A stretch of 64,000 nucleotides of DNA. Origin: Phoronis australis. Lineage: Eukaryota > Animalia > Phoronida. A program made the translations under genes and the position numbers. The stretch lies in NCBI GenBank assembly GCA_002633005.1, contig NMRA01000193.1, forward strand, positions 190,641 to 254,640, written 5' to 3'. The notes beneath the pieces were generated by a model that did not search any database, was not told the DNA's origin, and saw only the letters and a list, made by a program, of their open reading frames with translations. How positions within the stretch are numbered: position 1 is the first letter of the stretch; every line of letters begins with the position of its first letter. Positions 12,771 through 26,200 of the stretch are shown piece by piece.

Positions 12771-14292
12771 GCAAATATCGATGAAAATATTGACCGACTA
12801 TGTAAATATTCTATCAACCTTCTTTTGTGTTATCACAAGTCTATGATTTATCTCCCAGTGAACACTTTACGAAATGGATAAAGCCAGTCTAGGCAAATAA
12901 GTCAAAATTGCCTACGCCTCCTAAGCCGACTACCATGGCGAGTAGAAAGATAAATAAAATATGAAGTAGGGCCTAGCGTTGGGGATTCAGAGATTCGATA
13001 TTGAAAATAGACTGAGGGCATATACACTTTATCAGATTATAAAATTGCCCAACGAAAGGTCGGTTTAAAGAGCAGTGATATACCTCAGTGTAGTGTACGG
13101 TTAATTTATTATGTTGATGATGAAGTGTGATGCTTGATGTGAGACCATGATTACTGAAAGAAAGGGATGGCTTTGAAAAATATCGGAACCAACATGTTTA
13201 AAAAGGTGTAAGTATATGTTGCTTCTTCAGATAAACTTACTTTCGCTTCACAACTTAAGTTTTAGGGTATGTAACACTAGATCTGTTTACACAAGTTAAG
13301 TTATAGTTAGAAGGGCAGTGTATAAGGATTCTTCCTTGAGACTATGTTGACCTTAGAACGAGATGTTTGTTAAGGCGTCTTATGCTGGAAGTTCTATGCT
13401 GTTTGGTTTGACAAAATATGCTTTTAATGTAGCCCCACGTTCACAACAATAAAGCTGTTGCTTTTAAACAGTTAAATTCAATTGAAACAATGTCTAAAAA
13501 TATTAGTAATGTCTTGTATTCTCTACCAGTTTTCGGCAAGAGTTTTACAATGTTGTTATTCAGTTGAACTTCTGTGAGTCAGTCAAAAATTTATGGCACA
13601 TAATGATATTTTGGAATTACTGGCATGAGAATTTTTGTGCATTAGCTCAGTGCCAAGAGTTATACTATGACGCCCTGTATGGGGTAAGCAGTGTATGAGT
13701 GATTTGATCGACAGCTGGACTTCTAAAAGGTGATGTGATATGTAAGATTTCTACAAATTGCCATTAGGTCTTTGACAATTGTTCCTCATTCAGATTAGAA
13801 GTGATTTTTGGATTTAGGAAGAACTGATGGGTTGTTCTTACAATTAGTTGGCTTGATTTGGTTGGTCATTTTATTGGCCGAGCATGTTTGGCCTGCTAGT
13901 AGAATGTTCTGTTAGGTTTTCTCTGCCCAGAAATTGCTGTAGTTTAACTTGGAATTCTGCTTGGTCTCGAGACTACATACTCCGCATGAACTTTGCGAGA
14001 ACCAGGCTGGCAAGAACCTCAAATAATCACCTTCACATTGATAAAAATTGCACTGACCTGAAGAAAATCACATGTTAATAGAATAATGTAAATTTTAGCC
14101 AATATTTATTGGCTTTTTGGGGATCGTATTCATCTAATAATAATTGGTTAATCATTTACATATTCCTTCGTTTCCATGGCACAAGTTCTGGCAAAGGAGA
14201 AAATGGGTAATTGTGGGTCTAATAATTGCAAAAAGTCGTTTAACTGAACAACAACCTTCACCTGATTGCTTTAATGATAAGCGGTCTTGAGA

Positions 14293-14735
14293 TTAATAAT
14301 CTTTATTGAAATGTATACATATGGCCATAGGCCCAAAGTATAACATATACAAGTACATTGTCAGGTGTGTTACAAACTGTATAGTAAATTGTGACGCTTG
14401 AGAGCATGGTGGACTAATTTTAGAAGCGGAGTATCCAGAGTTCTCATGACAGATTCAAATTTAGATGTTGTGGGAGAATAACAAAAACGATCACTTAAGT
14501 ACTTAACCTGAAGGTTTTGGTACGCAGTTGCAAACTAACACAACCTGGGATTCATCCTCAACTCATCTTGAATTACATAACCCACACAATCTATTTTCAT
14601 AGGCAATATTTGTGTGGTGACCTCTTTCCATTAGTAACGAATGATTTGAGCATCACACTCGAGTCAGAGACTGGATAAAAACACACGAGATACTAACTAT
14701 TTCTGAGTAATTCTCTAAACCATACATTCAAGGTA
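14293..14735 (-). mobile_element. 5'-truncated RTEX/RTE-like LINE, 3' end (decayed)
   Basis: Minus-strand translation SLTRV*CSNHSLLMERGHHTNIAYENRLCGLCNSR*VEDESQVVLVC fits the R.S.H.L.IE.GR...R.C..C...EDE.H....C zinc-binding tail of RTEX-type ORFs. It ends in AATAAAG followed by ATT repeats. Confidence 0.75.
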
Positions 14736-14739
14736 CCTA

Positions 14740-15085
14740 AACTACACGGTTAACGGACTCATAAACATGGTCACGGATGCATGAACACGACTCACGCACC
14801 TTCAAACATCGTTCACTGACTCACAAACACGGGAACAGACTCACAAAACACGATCCATTCACCCAAATACACGGACTCACATTCACGAAGAAACACGGTT
14901 AACGGACCGCCAAACACAGTTCACTCCGATAAAGCATGCCATAAACACGGGTCACGGACTTCCTGGGTCAGCTGACATCTATACTTTGTCTGTAAACCGT
15001 ATTTGGCAGTCTGTTAACCGTGTTTCTTCGTGAATGTGAGTCCGTGTCCCGTGTATTAGGGTGAATGGATCATGTTTTGTGAGTC
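14740..15085. repeat. Foldback-like structure: tandem ~21-bp aaacacgg...gactcac subrepeats plus a ~90-bp inverted repeat
   Basis: ~14838-14920 (gactcacaaaacacgatccattcaccc...gaagaaacacggttaacggaccgccaaac) pairs with ~14995-15085 (tttggcagtctgttaaccgtgtttcttcg...gggtgaatggatcatgttttgtgagtc). Confidence 0.75.
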
Positions 15086-17957
15086 CAGTAAGGCAGTTTT
15101 TGAGATTAAGCATAATTACATCTTCAAGTGCATCTAATCTGCTGAATAAAGAAACAAGTTGATTTGGACCAGCAATTTCATGACAGTAAGTGGTGTAAAT
15201 CTAAACTTTTTGTGCAGACGGTGGGTTCATGTTTTGTCAAATTTTGAAAAGAATACTTAACACAGTTTTGGCTTATTAACAGATTTCAACTGTGCCTTTC
15301 CCACCCAGCGATATCAAAAAAGCTGGATCTATAACCCTCATCAATCCTCAAAAATTTGGAGCAAATTTTGAAAACTCCTTTCAAAGTCTGCTAAACGGAC
15401 AAGCATGACCTACACAAGGTGAGCTGTACTATCACTGTAGGAAAAGACCTGTAGTCAAGCACCATGATATCTACCCTGTGACTCAGGGATTGAGTACTGT
15501 GTTTTAATTAAATCTCCCTTTTGTCACTCAAGTGAGATGCCAATATAATAATAGTGCATTAGTAAGGGGGCGGAACAAAGATTGGTTGAAATCACTGAAA
15601 CAGGGTTTACTAAACTTGGGCAAAACTAGGTGTATTTTGCCTTTAGCTTGAGCTAAATTGAAACAGTGACATTTATTTAGAGGTGAAATTTTATAACTAG
15701 GACCGTCTTTAATAACTTGGCCTTTGTAATCATTTCTAGCTAGTGGGAAAAATATGACATAATTGAAAATTATAGAACCTACATTGCTAGTGTATGCTAC
15801 AACTGACTTGATGACGTGTCAGTTTATTTCATGTACCATTAGCGTTTTCTCCTATGGCAGAAATCTCAAAAAATTAGGATTTTGGCTTAGCAATGGACAA
15901 TTAATTGTGCCCGTGATTTATCCAGATTCACATTAAGAATCAATATACTTTGTCAACAATCCCTCGTGTAGACAAACTTTGTTGAACATACAACAATGTT
16001 TACGATTAATAAGTATATTTACTAGACATTCATGGACAATTAATTGTGTCCCCTTAGATTCATGGAAGTGTATATATTTCTTGCACTTGTCAAGCCACAT
16101 GTGGTAATGTCACCACGTACAGTAGATTAGTGCTTAGTACATAAATTTTATAAGTTGCAAGAATTGGCTTTAATTTTCAATAAAAAGATTTAATTTTTAA
16201 TCAAAGTCGTATGATCTGTTAAGTTACCTGCTGCAGTTTTATCTTTGTGTACATAGTCTGATCAGTAGTTTGTTGACATAAATTCTATTTTTAACCATAG
16301 TGTTGTTGCCATAGTCGCTTTAGAGAACTTACCGTAAGTGTTTTCTGCAGTACCTGTCAAGAATTCAATTTCTGTGTGAGTGTAAGGTATCCTGACGGTG
16401 TTTTGAACTTAAGGTGGTAAGTAGGTGCACCTTTATGTATTTTTTACAATACAAAGCAAAGTGCAGTGAACAAATTTGAATTTGTTACATCAAGCTATGT
16501 TGGTCTCTGGAAAAATGCCCAAATTTGGCCAACTTCAGAACATGACATCTCAGAAGTGAAGGATTCATATGAAACGTTCAGATACTATGCTTTATGTACT
16601 GTTCTTCAAAACGTTGGTGAATTGTTTTTGAAATGTTACACTTACATACAGGGATACCAGAAATTGGATTTGTGGATTGCATGTATGATGAAAATGAAAT
16701 GATAACTTAGTTTTTCTAACGTTTTTGAGATTTTATCTTGGACATTTATATTTAAGCAAAATTTTGCCTTGTTGTTGATACCGTTGTGTTGCTATAACTA
16801 CCTTCCTTTTGTACTGAATTTTACTAAAAAGTCATGTAATTCAATTAATGGAAAAATTGGCAAAAAGTCAGAAATCAAATTCTACAGGCTTTTTAATGTT
16901 AGAAAGTATGCACTTTTACTGGTTTTAAAAAGAGCAGTTTTGTATAAGTTTTTTGATAAAATACACAGACTTTTTGAAAATGTTCTTAGCTTTTAGTTTG
17001 AGAATCATTTGCACTTGAGCTTTAAAGTAAAATCTTACTAATTTAGGGTATAATACGAACAGACAAGTGAAATTTTACTTTTTCGTTTGCTCCGTGTAAG
17101 ATATTGAAACCAAATTAACACTTTTCTACGTTCAAGTTCATAGACTTATGCAATAATTTATGTTAGAGGAATTTTGACGTTAGTTTCTGTCCAAACCAGG
17201 TGAGATTCTACAGTAATTTATGCAAGACAAAATACTTTTTCTTGTCTTTCTTTTCCCATTATTTATCTAGGCGTCTCAGGTGTATGCAGCTGTCTTTAGA
17301 GAGTTGAAATATTAGTTGACAGAGCATATTTTTGCTTTTGACTCTTCTTCTTTAGAGCTCTGCTAAACTAGTAAATCCTCAAACCATTATATTTTTATGC
17401 AAAAATAAAAAACCTGATAGGACGATTTTTTTTAAAAAACATCCTTAGTTTATAAATATTTCAGCCAATTTTGATAGTAACTCGAGCTTAACTATCTGCC
17501 TTTGGTTCGAACTTGAAATGAGACATTTTACAAATTTTCTGGAGTTCTTTTAAGTCCTGATCACAGAGTATAAACCCAAACTGAATACAAAGTCCACTTT
17601 GTGGCAATAACATCCTGAAATAAGGGTTGAACAACATTGAAGAATATGAAATGTGTTTGCTAAAAGTTACACTTTTCATACTTACATGTAATCGAAGAGC
17701 AGATATATTGTAATTCCTCCCTTATTCAGCCCACGATATGACCAAGTGGTGAATGGATTTTTTTAGCTAGTTTTATTAGTCTTTTATATTTATTAACTTT
17801 CTTTGTAATATTCAGGTGTCTTAGAGCAACATTTGGCAAAGTTTCCATTATTCGTAACAAAATAGTCTCCATTTAACAATAGAAAAATGACAATTTTTGC
17901 AATTGTTTTGGTGCGAAATGAATGATGAATTACTGTTCACTTAAAACACAAGGCCTG

Positions 17958-18210
17958 GGGCCCGTTCCAAGAAAATTACTTAAGTTCGTTTTTGACTTTA
18001 AGTCTAAGATTTGGCTCAACTTCCAAACTTTAAAACTTCCCCATCCAGTAAGATAGTCAAAATTAACTTGGACAAAACTTAAGTTAAAAATTTAAGTCAA
18101 ACTTAAGATCTCTTTCTTGAAACAGATTTGAGATAATTTTAAGTTTTGTTTTAAAGTTGACGGATATTTAAGATTGGCCTTAGCTAAGTCAGATTTCTTG
18201 GAACGGGCCC
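17958..18210. mobile_element. MITE with GGGCCCGTTCCAAGAAA TIRs and 3-bp CTG TSD (PIF/Harbinger-like)
   Basis: ctg|gggcccgttccaagaaa ... tttcttggaacgggccc|ctg; homologous to 56343-56589. Confidence 0.85.
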
Positions 18211-18379
18211 CTGATCCATGTTGCTTTATTTAGCAAGTACTACATTCCTTCCTACAGAGGTTGTTTTCCTTGAACAGATTGGCATTGGACTTTCTTGATA
18301 TTCCTTGATATACATTTCTGATTTTTGTTCAAAATTATAAAGATCTAGATGTAAATTTAAATATTTCACTGTCTTTTCG

Positions 18380-18435
18380 ATGTGTAGCGTCGGTGCAGCT
18401 GAGGATCTAAACAGAGATGGATTTATTGGTGAAGG
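18380..18435 (+). CDS. Putative upstream exon of the ANKAR-like gene (MCSVGAAEDLNRDGFIGEG)
   Basis: ATG at 18380 and donor GG|GTAAGG at 18436 give phase 2, matching the phase-2 acceptor at 23282. Alternatively a UTR exon starts at 18388 and translation begins at ATG 23352. Confidence 0.5.
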
Positions 18436-19147
18436 GTAAGGTCACGTGTTGGTGCTGCCATCTTTAGTTTTGATTGGTTATTATTTTGAGTTAGTGGACT
18501 TTATCTGCCATCTGCACCATTTCACATTGTTTGTTGGAGAGAAAGTGCATTCCTACAATACATTTAGTTTCGTTGCACATGTTGTTATAATATTATTGCT
18601 TAGATTTTAGATTATTTGCTAGTTGAATATTTTGTTGGACAGTTCAAAATTTTTGTGAATCGCTGCTGCAAAGTTTATAAAATCTATCATGACTGCCAAC
18701 TGTAATTGAAAAATTGGGTTACCTGAGTAAGCTTTTCAGTAAAAGTATGAACATACACAATACATGTCAAAAGTATTAGGATAACCTACTGCTTCTCGAT
18801 CTTGACGGGTAATAAACCGTCATGGTGCAGTCCGCTTGCGCTCAGCCATCGTGACAGGGAGTTCCTGGTCATTTTGTGTAGTTGTTGTGTAGTGTAGGTC
18901 ATTCACTGATTGAAAATGCAATGCTGTTATTTTGCTTTCATAATTTTGTTGAAACTATTACGGACGACAGGCAAGTGGAATTTAGCTTTTGTCAACAGTG
19001 TTGCAGATTCTCACCAGGATTTTGAAGTTGAGCATGGTGGGAGTTTTGGAATGCTATCAGTCGGAATGTTTGGCGAAGTCCGGTGGGGAGAGCATGTTCT
19101 GAGTTTTGAGTAAAATATCTGTGTGAATAATCAGATCACAAGTCCAG

Positions 19148-19480
19148 TCTACACACAGCCTACCCTAGAGCAACTTGCACTAGCGTAGCTTACTCCACTT
19201 TTAAGTGGAGCATTCACACAACTGGGGTTAGATGGAAGTTGTCACTCTGTGCGTGACAATGAACAGCTAATGAAAATATGGGATGCAAAAGAAGACCCTT
19301 ATGCATGTAACCACAGCTGATAATTACTTCCGCCCTGCCCCAGGTTTGCGGCCACACAGTGATTAGAAGTGGCGCAAGTTGTCACATGTGGGGTAGTTTA
19401 AATAGCGTCCGCACTGCCTCCAAACCTTGCGACAACTCTTTCCATGAGTAACTTGTTCTAGGGTAAGTCTGTGTGTGAAA
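19148..19480. mobile_element. MITE-like element with ~30-bp inverted termini
   Basis: acacacagcctaccctagagcaactt ... taacttgttctagggtaagtctgtgtgt. Confidence 0.6.
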
Positions 19481-20471
19481 GGCACTATAATGAGGTTGAT
19501 CAGACTAGGTTGATCAGACTGCAGTGGGCACTATAGACTGAAGAATATGTGACAGTGACGATTTTTGCGTTTGTCATATTTCTCAAATTTCAAACATTTT
19601 CAATCTACAGAGTTGGCAATTTTGTCATCTTTATGGTGATTCTTGAAATTGGGACAGCCGATATTGTAAGCTGTAACCTTAATGAAAATAATTAATTTTC
19701 ACTATCCCAAATTTGAGAATTTCACCATAATCGCACTTGAAGAAAAAGAAGAAAACAACTTGGGCAAATTTAAAATGAGCCCAGGAAAAAGACCTGTGGG
19801 ATTATCTGCACATTGGTTCTGAGCTTTTCTTTGGGAAAACCTCCTTGCTTAGTAGCAGCCTTGTAATCCCTTCTTAAAGTGGGTGCTTATTATAGCTGTG
19901 CTGCTTTTGTGTAAGGCACAAAATGTTCAAAGCATTTGAGTTTAGTCAAAGTAATCAAAATGCTGTTAATCCTTGTTAGCAACACCAGGCCATTAAGTTT
20001 GGGTTCTGTACACCAAGTTGGCGTGAGGTGCTGTGCATGCATTTGTCTCTAAAGAAATTCAGACATGTAAGGTATCCTGCTGTTCATATTTTTATGTTAA
20101 TTTGCAGACTTAATAGGAAATATTTTAAACTGTGTTAGTTCTCGATCACGAGGAATTTGACAGCAACTTGCTGATGAACGTAATCAATACAAGTCACTGA
20201 TATTTGACTGAGTGTAATTGTTCTCAAACTGTACTGGTATGAAACCGATTATTATTACAATTATTGAGTTTTACCAACGTCAATATGTTGGTTTTGAGAC
20301 ACTAAATGATAATGACAGAGGCAGGCCATGTGGGCTTTCTTTGAAATTTACACTCTGGTTGCTCTTTTATTAGATTTTATAGCATAACTTGACTATAGTT
20401 GTTCTCTGGACAAGCTAGGGTCTCTTCAGTTGTTAGCCTATGGAGGGCAACTGTCAGAAACTTAATCGTCA

Positions 20472-21964
20472 CGTGAAAGGGTTACTTTTTCGTGTGATAC
20501 ACATTTTGAGCATGATTTCACTATAAGGGTTTTATAAGGGTATCAAAATATGCATGTATTGCCCATAAGAATAATTCTTTTGGAGGTATAAATGTAATGT
20601 AAGGAAAGCATACTGTGTCGTGTGAAATTTGGAGCAATACAGGAGAAATATATGGCCTCTGAAAACAAGTTGGACCATCTCGGAAACTTTGGCTATTGTT
20701 GTCAATTTTCAGGCGCAAAAATAAGTCTTAGGTCACGACTTCTAGACATGGGTCATATTCTAGAAGATTCTTTTGGAAAAGAATTCATTTTATTAGCATC
20801 CTATTTTAAAGGGGTAGACTTTGAAAGGGTGGGGTTTTGGTGTCCCTGATATAATGCCTGCAGGGGTTTTTCATAATCGGTTGGTAAAATGTATGTGGGT
20901 CAAATTTCAAGTAGCTTCCCTAGGATTGCTGGCCTTGCTAATATTTTGACATACTACTGGATTCATAATTGCAGGTCAGGCCAAGCCACTCCCGTTTTCC
21001 ATCTAGTTCAGTGGCTTATGTGCATGCAAATTCACATGCCCATCTATTAATGGTAATAAATTTCTTCACAATGCCTGGCCAGTCTTCTTGCATTTAATTG
21101 TCTTTCTTCTACTAGTGTGTACATTGAAACTACCCACGAGGCTTATTCTGTCACATCAAGGTCTTTCTCAGTATGTTGGTAAAAACTCGGTAACCGACTA
21201 TAGTGAATCTCACTAATNCGTGAAAGGGTTACTTTTTCGTGTGATACACATTTTGAGCATGATTTCACTATAAGGATTTTATAAGGGTATCAAAATATGC
21301 ATGTATTGCCCATAAGAATAATTCTTTTGGAGGTATAAATGTAATGTAAGGAAGGCATACTGTGCCGTGTGAAATTTGTAGCAATACAGGAGAAATATAT
21401 GGCCTCTGAAAACAAGTTGGACCATCTCAGAAACTTTGGCTATTGTTGTCAATTTCCAGGAGCAAAAATAAGTCTTAGGTCACGACTTCTAGACATGGGA
21501 CATATTCTAGAAGATTCTTTTGGAAAAGAATTCATTTTATTAGCATCCTATTTTGAAGGGGTAGACTTTGAAAGGGTGGGGTTTTGGTGTCCCTGATACA
21601 ATGCCTGCAGGGGTTTTTCATAATCGGTTGGTAAAATGTATGTGGGTCAAATTTCAAGTAGCTTCCCTAGGATTGCTGGCCTTGCTAATATTTTGACATA
21701 CTACTGGATTCATAATTGCAGGTCAGGCCAAGCCACTCCCGTTTTCCATCTAGTTCAGTGGCTTATGTGCATGCAAATTCACATGCCCATCTATTAATGG
21801 TAATAAATTTCTTCACAATGCCTGGCCAGTCTTCTTGCATTTAATTGTCTTTCTTCTACTAGTGTGTACATTGAAACTACCCACGAGGCTTATTCTGTCA
21901 CATCAAGGTCTTTCTCAGTATGTTGGTGAAAACTCGGTAACCAACTATAGTGAATCTCACTAAT
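20472..21964. repeat. Near-identical 746-bp tandem duplication split by a single N (21218); probable haplotype or assembly artefact
   Basis: 20472-21217 and 21219-21964 differ only by scattered substitutions; ORFs 20622 and 21369 in the track are the two copies. Confidence 0.9.
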
Positions 21965-23281
21965 TTAGGACACAATGTAGCAGACAATTAAGACTTTACT
22001 TTTTCGTTTTTCTTTAAACACAAAATAAATGCTTTACCACTCTTAACTTGTATACCGTAGCTGTAATTGAATAGTTTTTTGAGAAACTGTGAGTGTTTAC
22101 AATCATGTTACAAGCTTTCAAAAATTGAAGTCAATTTTGGCAATTATTTTTGTTCAAAATATGTGAATTTTATAATATGTGTTGTGCAATCTGTGTAAGA
22201 AATGTCAGAGGTAGACATGCAATGTTGCATTCAAGGCCTTTAGCAACAGTTGCCCATTACCACCCTGTCTGAGCCTGTTTCATCAAGATGTTAAGGCGAG
22301 CTTGAATTTGTTCTGGTTAGAAAGAATTTGTTGTGACAGAGCTTATACCAGTCTAAATGTCTACGTGACCACTTGTCTCTCTGGAATTAAAATCTGTCTG
22401 TTTACCTTGAGATAAAGACAATGTTTCTCAGGACAACCTATTGATAACTTAGATTATTGATTGTGAGCGCAAACTGCTGTAAGTAGGTATGTTAGGTTTG
22501 AGAGATGTTGCAGCTGCATTTTAGACTGTAATTGGTACATAATTGTGGCAAAATTGCATAACAGTAGTTATGTTTTGTGTTCTATTTAAATCATGGTACA
22601 TACTCACAAATTTTAATTGGTCACAACCTGATGGACAAGTGAAATTTTTCATGAAAGATATTTATCACCAAGTGGGTGTTTTTACATAATCGAACTCTGT
22701 ATCATGACTACCATCAGACAATATGTACAATGTTAGAAGTCTTTGAGAAAAGAATGAAGGCAATTTTGGCCATTATATTTGTCCAAAATTGGTGAGACTT
22801 TTACCTTAGGCCTTATGTAATGCAAACAATATACACGCACATTTTTCTTGATTTTTTTTCACGAAATGATTGAATTTAGTACACAACATTATTGAACTAT
22901 TTGTGGTAACTGTTCGTAGAACAAAAAATATGGAGTTTGGCAACTCCTGGTTTGGGTCGATTTGTTCTGTATTGCTGCTTATTTGAGTGGTTAAATTTAA
23001 TACATATGTTTGAGTCTGAATTGTGTATGACACCGTTCCCATAGTTTTTATTTGTTGGAAATTCTTTTCGTGGTTGCTGAGAGCTGTTTTTGTGTTTTAA
23101 AATCTCATTGAAAACTTGTAACTTGTAAATTTTCTAAATGTACTTTTGTAATCTTATATTAAGACATTCATAACAGAAAGTTGTGTAATATTTTCAAATA
23201 TTGTCATACATTTGGAGGATGTATTATATTCAGTCACTAATTGATGCCTTCACTTAATAGGTGCAACTTTGTATTTTCTAG

Positions 23282-26200
23282 GGCTCAAGGCTCCATCAAC
23301 GCCCAAAGGTTTCAAAAGAAGCCGAGCCCAGAAGACTCCTCTTTTACCAGGATGAATGAATTAGACGACACTGGATGGGGGCATGTACACCACGCTGCCT
23401 TCCGCGGCTTTGTAAAATCCGTCGAAAGGTTTGTGAAGGCTAGCCCAGATCAGCTAGAGTTTGAGACGGGTGATGGTCACAACTCCACCCCGCTGCTGTT
23501 GGCCGTCTCCAGTGGTAACATGGAGACTATCCGCTGTGTTGTGGACTTGGGTGCCAATCTTGCTGCTGTAAACTCGCAGAATCATGGCTGCGTGGAACTG
23601 GCGGCCATGAAGGAATTTGTCACAGTGTTGGAGTATTTCATCCAACTCAACTCGGACAAATTGGCTGTGTGGAAATTGCTGTTGAAATTTTTATCTTCAG
23701 AATCCGATGAGGAGGGTGAAGCAGCGGGCAAGTGTCTGTGCACGTTGACGGAACCCAGCGTTGATGGCGTCAATCCTAACTGGCAACACGTATACAACAA
23801 TGGAGGAGTGCCTATCATTGTCAAGGTGATCAAGGGAACCAATGGTGATGGCCCACGGATACAGGCGCTGTATAACCTCATTAACATTGTGACTCAGCAG
23901 GAAGTGAAGGATCAGGCGGCAGCCTCTGGTGGGATACCGCCCCTTGTTCACCACTTGAAGTCTTCAACAAATCTCGTCATCCAGCTGTCTGCGTGTGCTC
24001 TTAAGGAGATCTGTACAGTCAAAGCATACGCTGACCAGGCGGTGAGTAACCAAGCGTTGCCAACACTGATAAAGGTTATACAGACTGTCAAAGAGGCCAG
24101 TGTGCTTTTGGAGGCTGTAGAGGCCCTTGGGGTAATATGCGAAGCCAATCCCCAGCACCAGGATACCCTTGGTGGCCTCAATGGGGCACTGCAGTCTGTT
24201 GTTGAACTCTTTGATGACTGCAAGCATAAAGACTTGTTGATGGCTCTGACTAAATCTGTTGGTCGAATAGCCTGCGAACACACGGCCAACCAGACGTCGA
24301 TCGTGGACCATGGTGGCTCGTCTCATATCATTGCATTAACAACGACAAAAGTGAGAGAGCTGCAGATGAATTCTGTGGAGGCGATTCACCGGCTCGCAGA
24401 TAACAACCCTCATACTCAACATGTGATGATTGAAGAGGGAGCGGTGATGCCTCTTATGCATTTGCTCAAGCGCAACCGGGCCCAAGACATGCAGGAGAAG
24501 ACAGCTGGAGCTTTGTGGGCACTTGCGGGTGAGAACGACGATGAGCGACGGTCAATGGCTGGGATGATGGGTGTTCAGCTACTGATAGAATTTCTCGGAT
24601 CTCTCTCACAAGACTTGCATTTCATTGGCTCAGAAGCTCTGGGTGTGCTCGGCCAGGGTCCACACAATAAGCAGACGGCAATTTCTGATGCCAATGGTGT
24701 ACATCCTCTTGTCAGACTATTGCGCTCCAATAAGGAGCACATCGTGTTAAGCGCCATACGGTCTCTGAGGTACTTATGCATAGGGGTCGGCTACGTCCCA
24801 CATATGCAGAATCAGACAACTTTAGCTCAGTCACGTGGTCTGAAGTATTTGGTGGCACTCATGGTTCATTCAAGAAGTGAGGACATTCAAGTGGAGTCTG
24901 CTCTTGCTCTTGGGTGTGCTGCATTAGGTAAGGTATACGTCATACGACTGTAAGAAAAATTAATAGGGGTATATAATAGATATTAGAACATATCATTGCA
25001 TTATGGGTAAAGGAGATGTCATGCAACTGCAACTGTGGCTAGTTAGTAGAACATGATGTCACAGAATGACCACTATGACAAAAATTCATCAACTTGGGAC
25101 AAGTATAATTGCTACAATGGTCATTTTCAATTTGTTAGACGTGCTTACGTAGTCAGTGTGGGCATTTACCTGTGCTGTTAATTTTAGGGAGTTGCAATTA
25201 GCCACTTCACACACAACAAATACATAATAAGGGAGTAACGGCAATTTGTTTCTAATTGTGAGGTAAAAGCTATGAAATTGTGTGCATTTTGGAGCTGAAG
25301 TGTGCACTCCCCAAGATATAATGCTTAATTCAAAGTCTTGACTGTTTAAATTAGAGTAGGCATATGTAGTAAAATCTGGTAATTTCTGGACAGCTCACCA
25401 TTTTGGGACCATATTTGCAATAACTGAGCATCCATTTAGGTACTTGAATGACATGAAAATTTGGACTACTAAAGGGTAGGCAGTTTGATGAATATAGGTG
25501 CTAACAGGAAATTTGTTATAATTCTGTTCCAATAGCACTCTCCCTCATAGGCAACATTTCTTGACTCCTTATTACTGCCTTCAGTAAAAGGTTTTGAATA
25601 AGTCATATTGTACTTGGAAGGTCATCCGGAAAACCTAGATGAGATCCGGTCTAACCTGGACTTCAGCTACGCACGTATCCTGACGATGATGTACAACCAA
25701 GACCCAACTGTACGGCTCCTGGCCGGAGCGGCACTGGCTGCATTCGCCTTCAACAATCTCAAGCAACAGAAAGAGATAGCAGTGCAGGGAGGGGTCCTCT
25801 TCAAGTGCTTTGTACCATTTTTGAAATCGGACAGCGAATATTTCCGTCTGAGCTCAGCATTTCAGGTGAGAGCACTATAACAGTTCCACTGTCATTGTCA
25901 TCATCTCTCTCACCTTTAGTCATCATCATCATTATTGTCATCATTTCAGTCATCAGTGTCATCCATCATTCTTGTCAAGTTACTACAACCCATGTCCGTG
26001 AAAACTTTCCATTTCCTTGTTTTTTGTTGATTGCTTGTCAGAATTGAAAAATATGACTTGATTCATTCAGATATCTTGATCTGTATGGAATCAACAACAC
26101 GTGACACTGTTCTGTTTACTGAATAATCCAAGTGATCCAAATACAGCAATGTTTGAAATCGACAGTTAAGTTCTTGTGACGCCACATGTTTGGGCTTTGA

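Noticed and set aside
20622-21596. Two paralogous 75-aa ORFs
   Set aside because: They arise from the gap-flanking duplication of intronic repeat DNA, have GTG starts and show no protein features.
23454-24781. Several antisense ORFs over the large ANKAR-like exon
   Set aside because: Shadow ORFs of a GC-richer coding strand.
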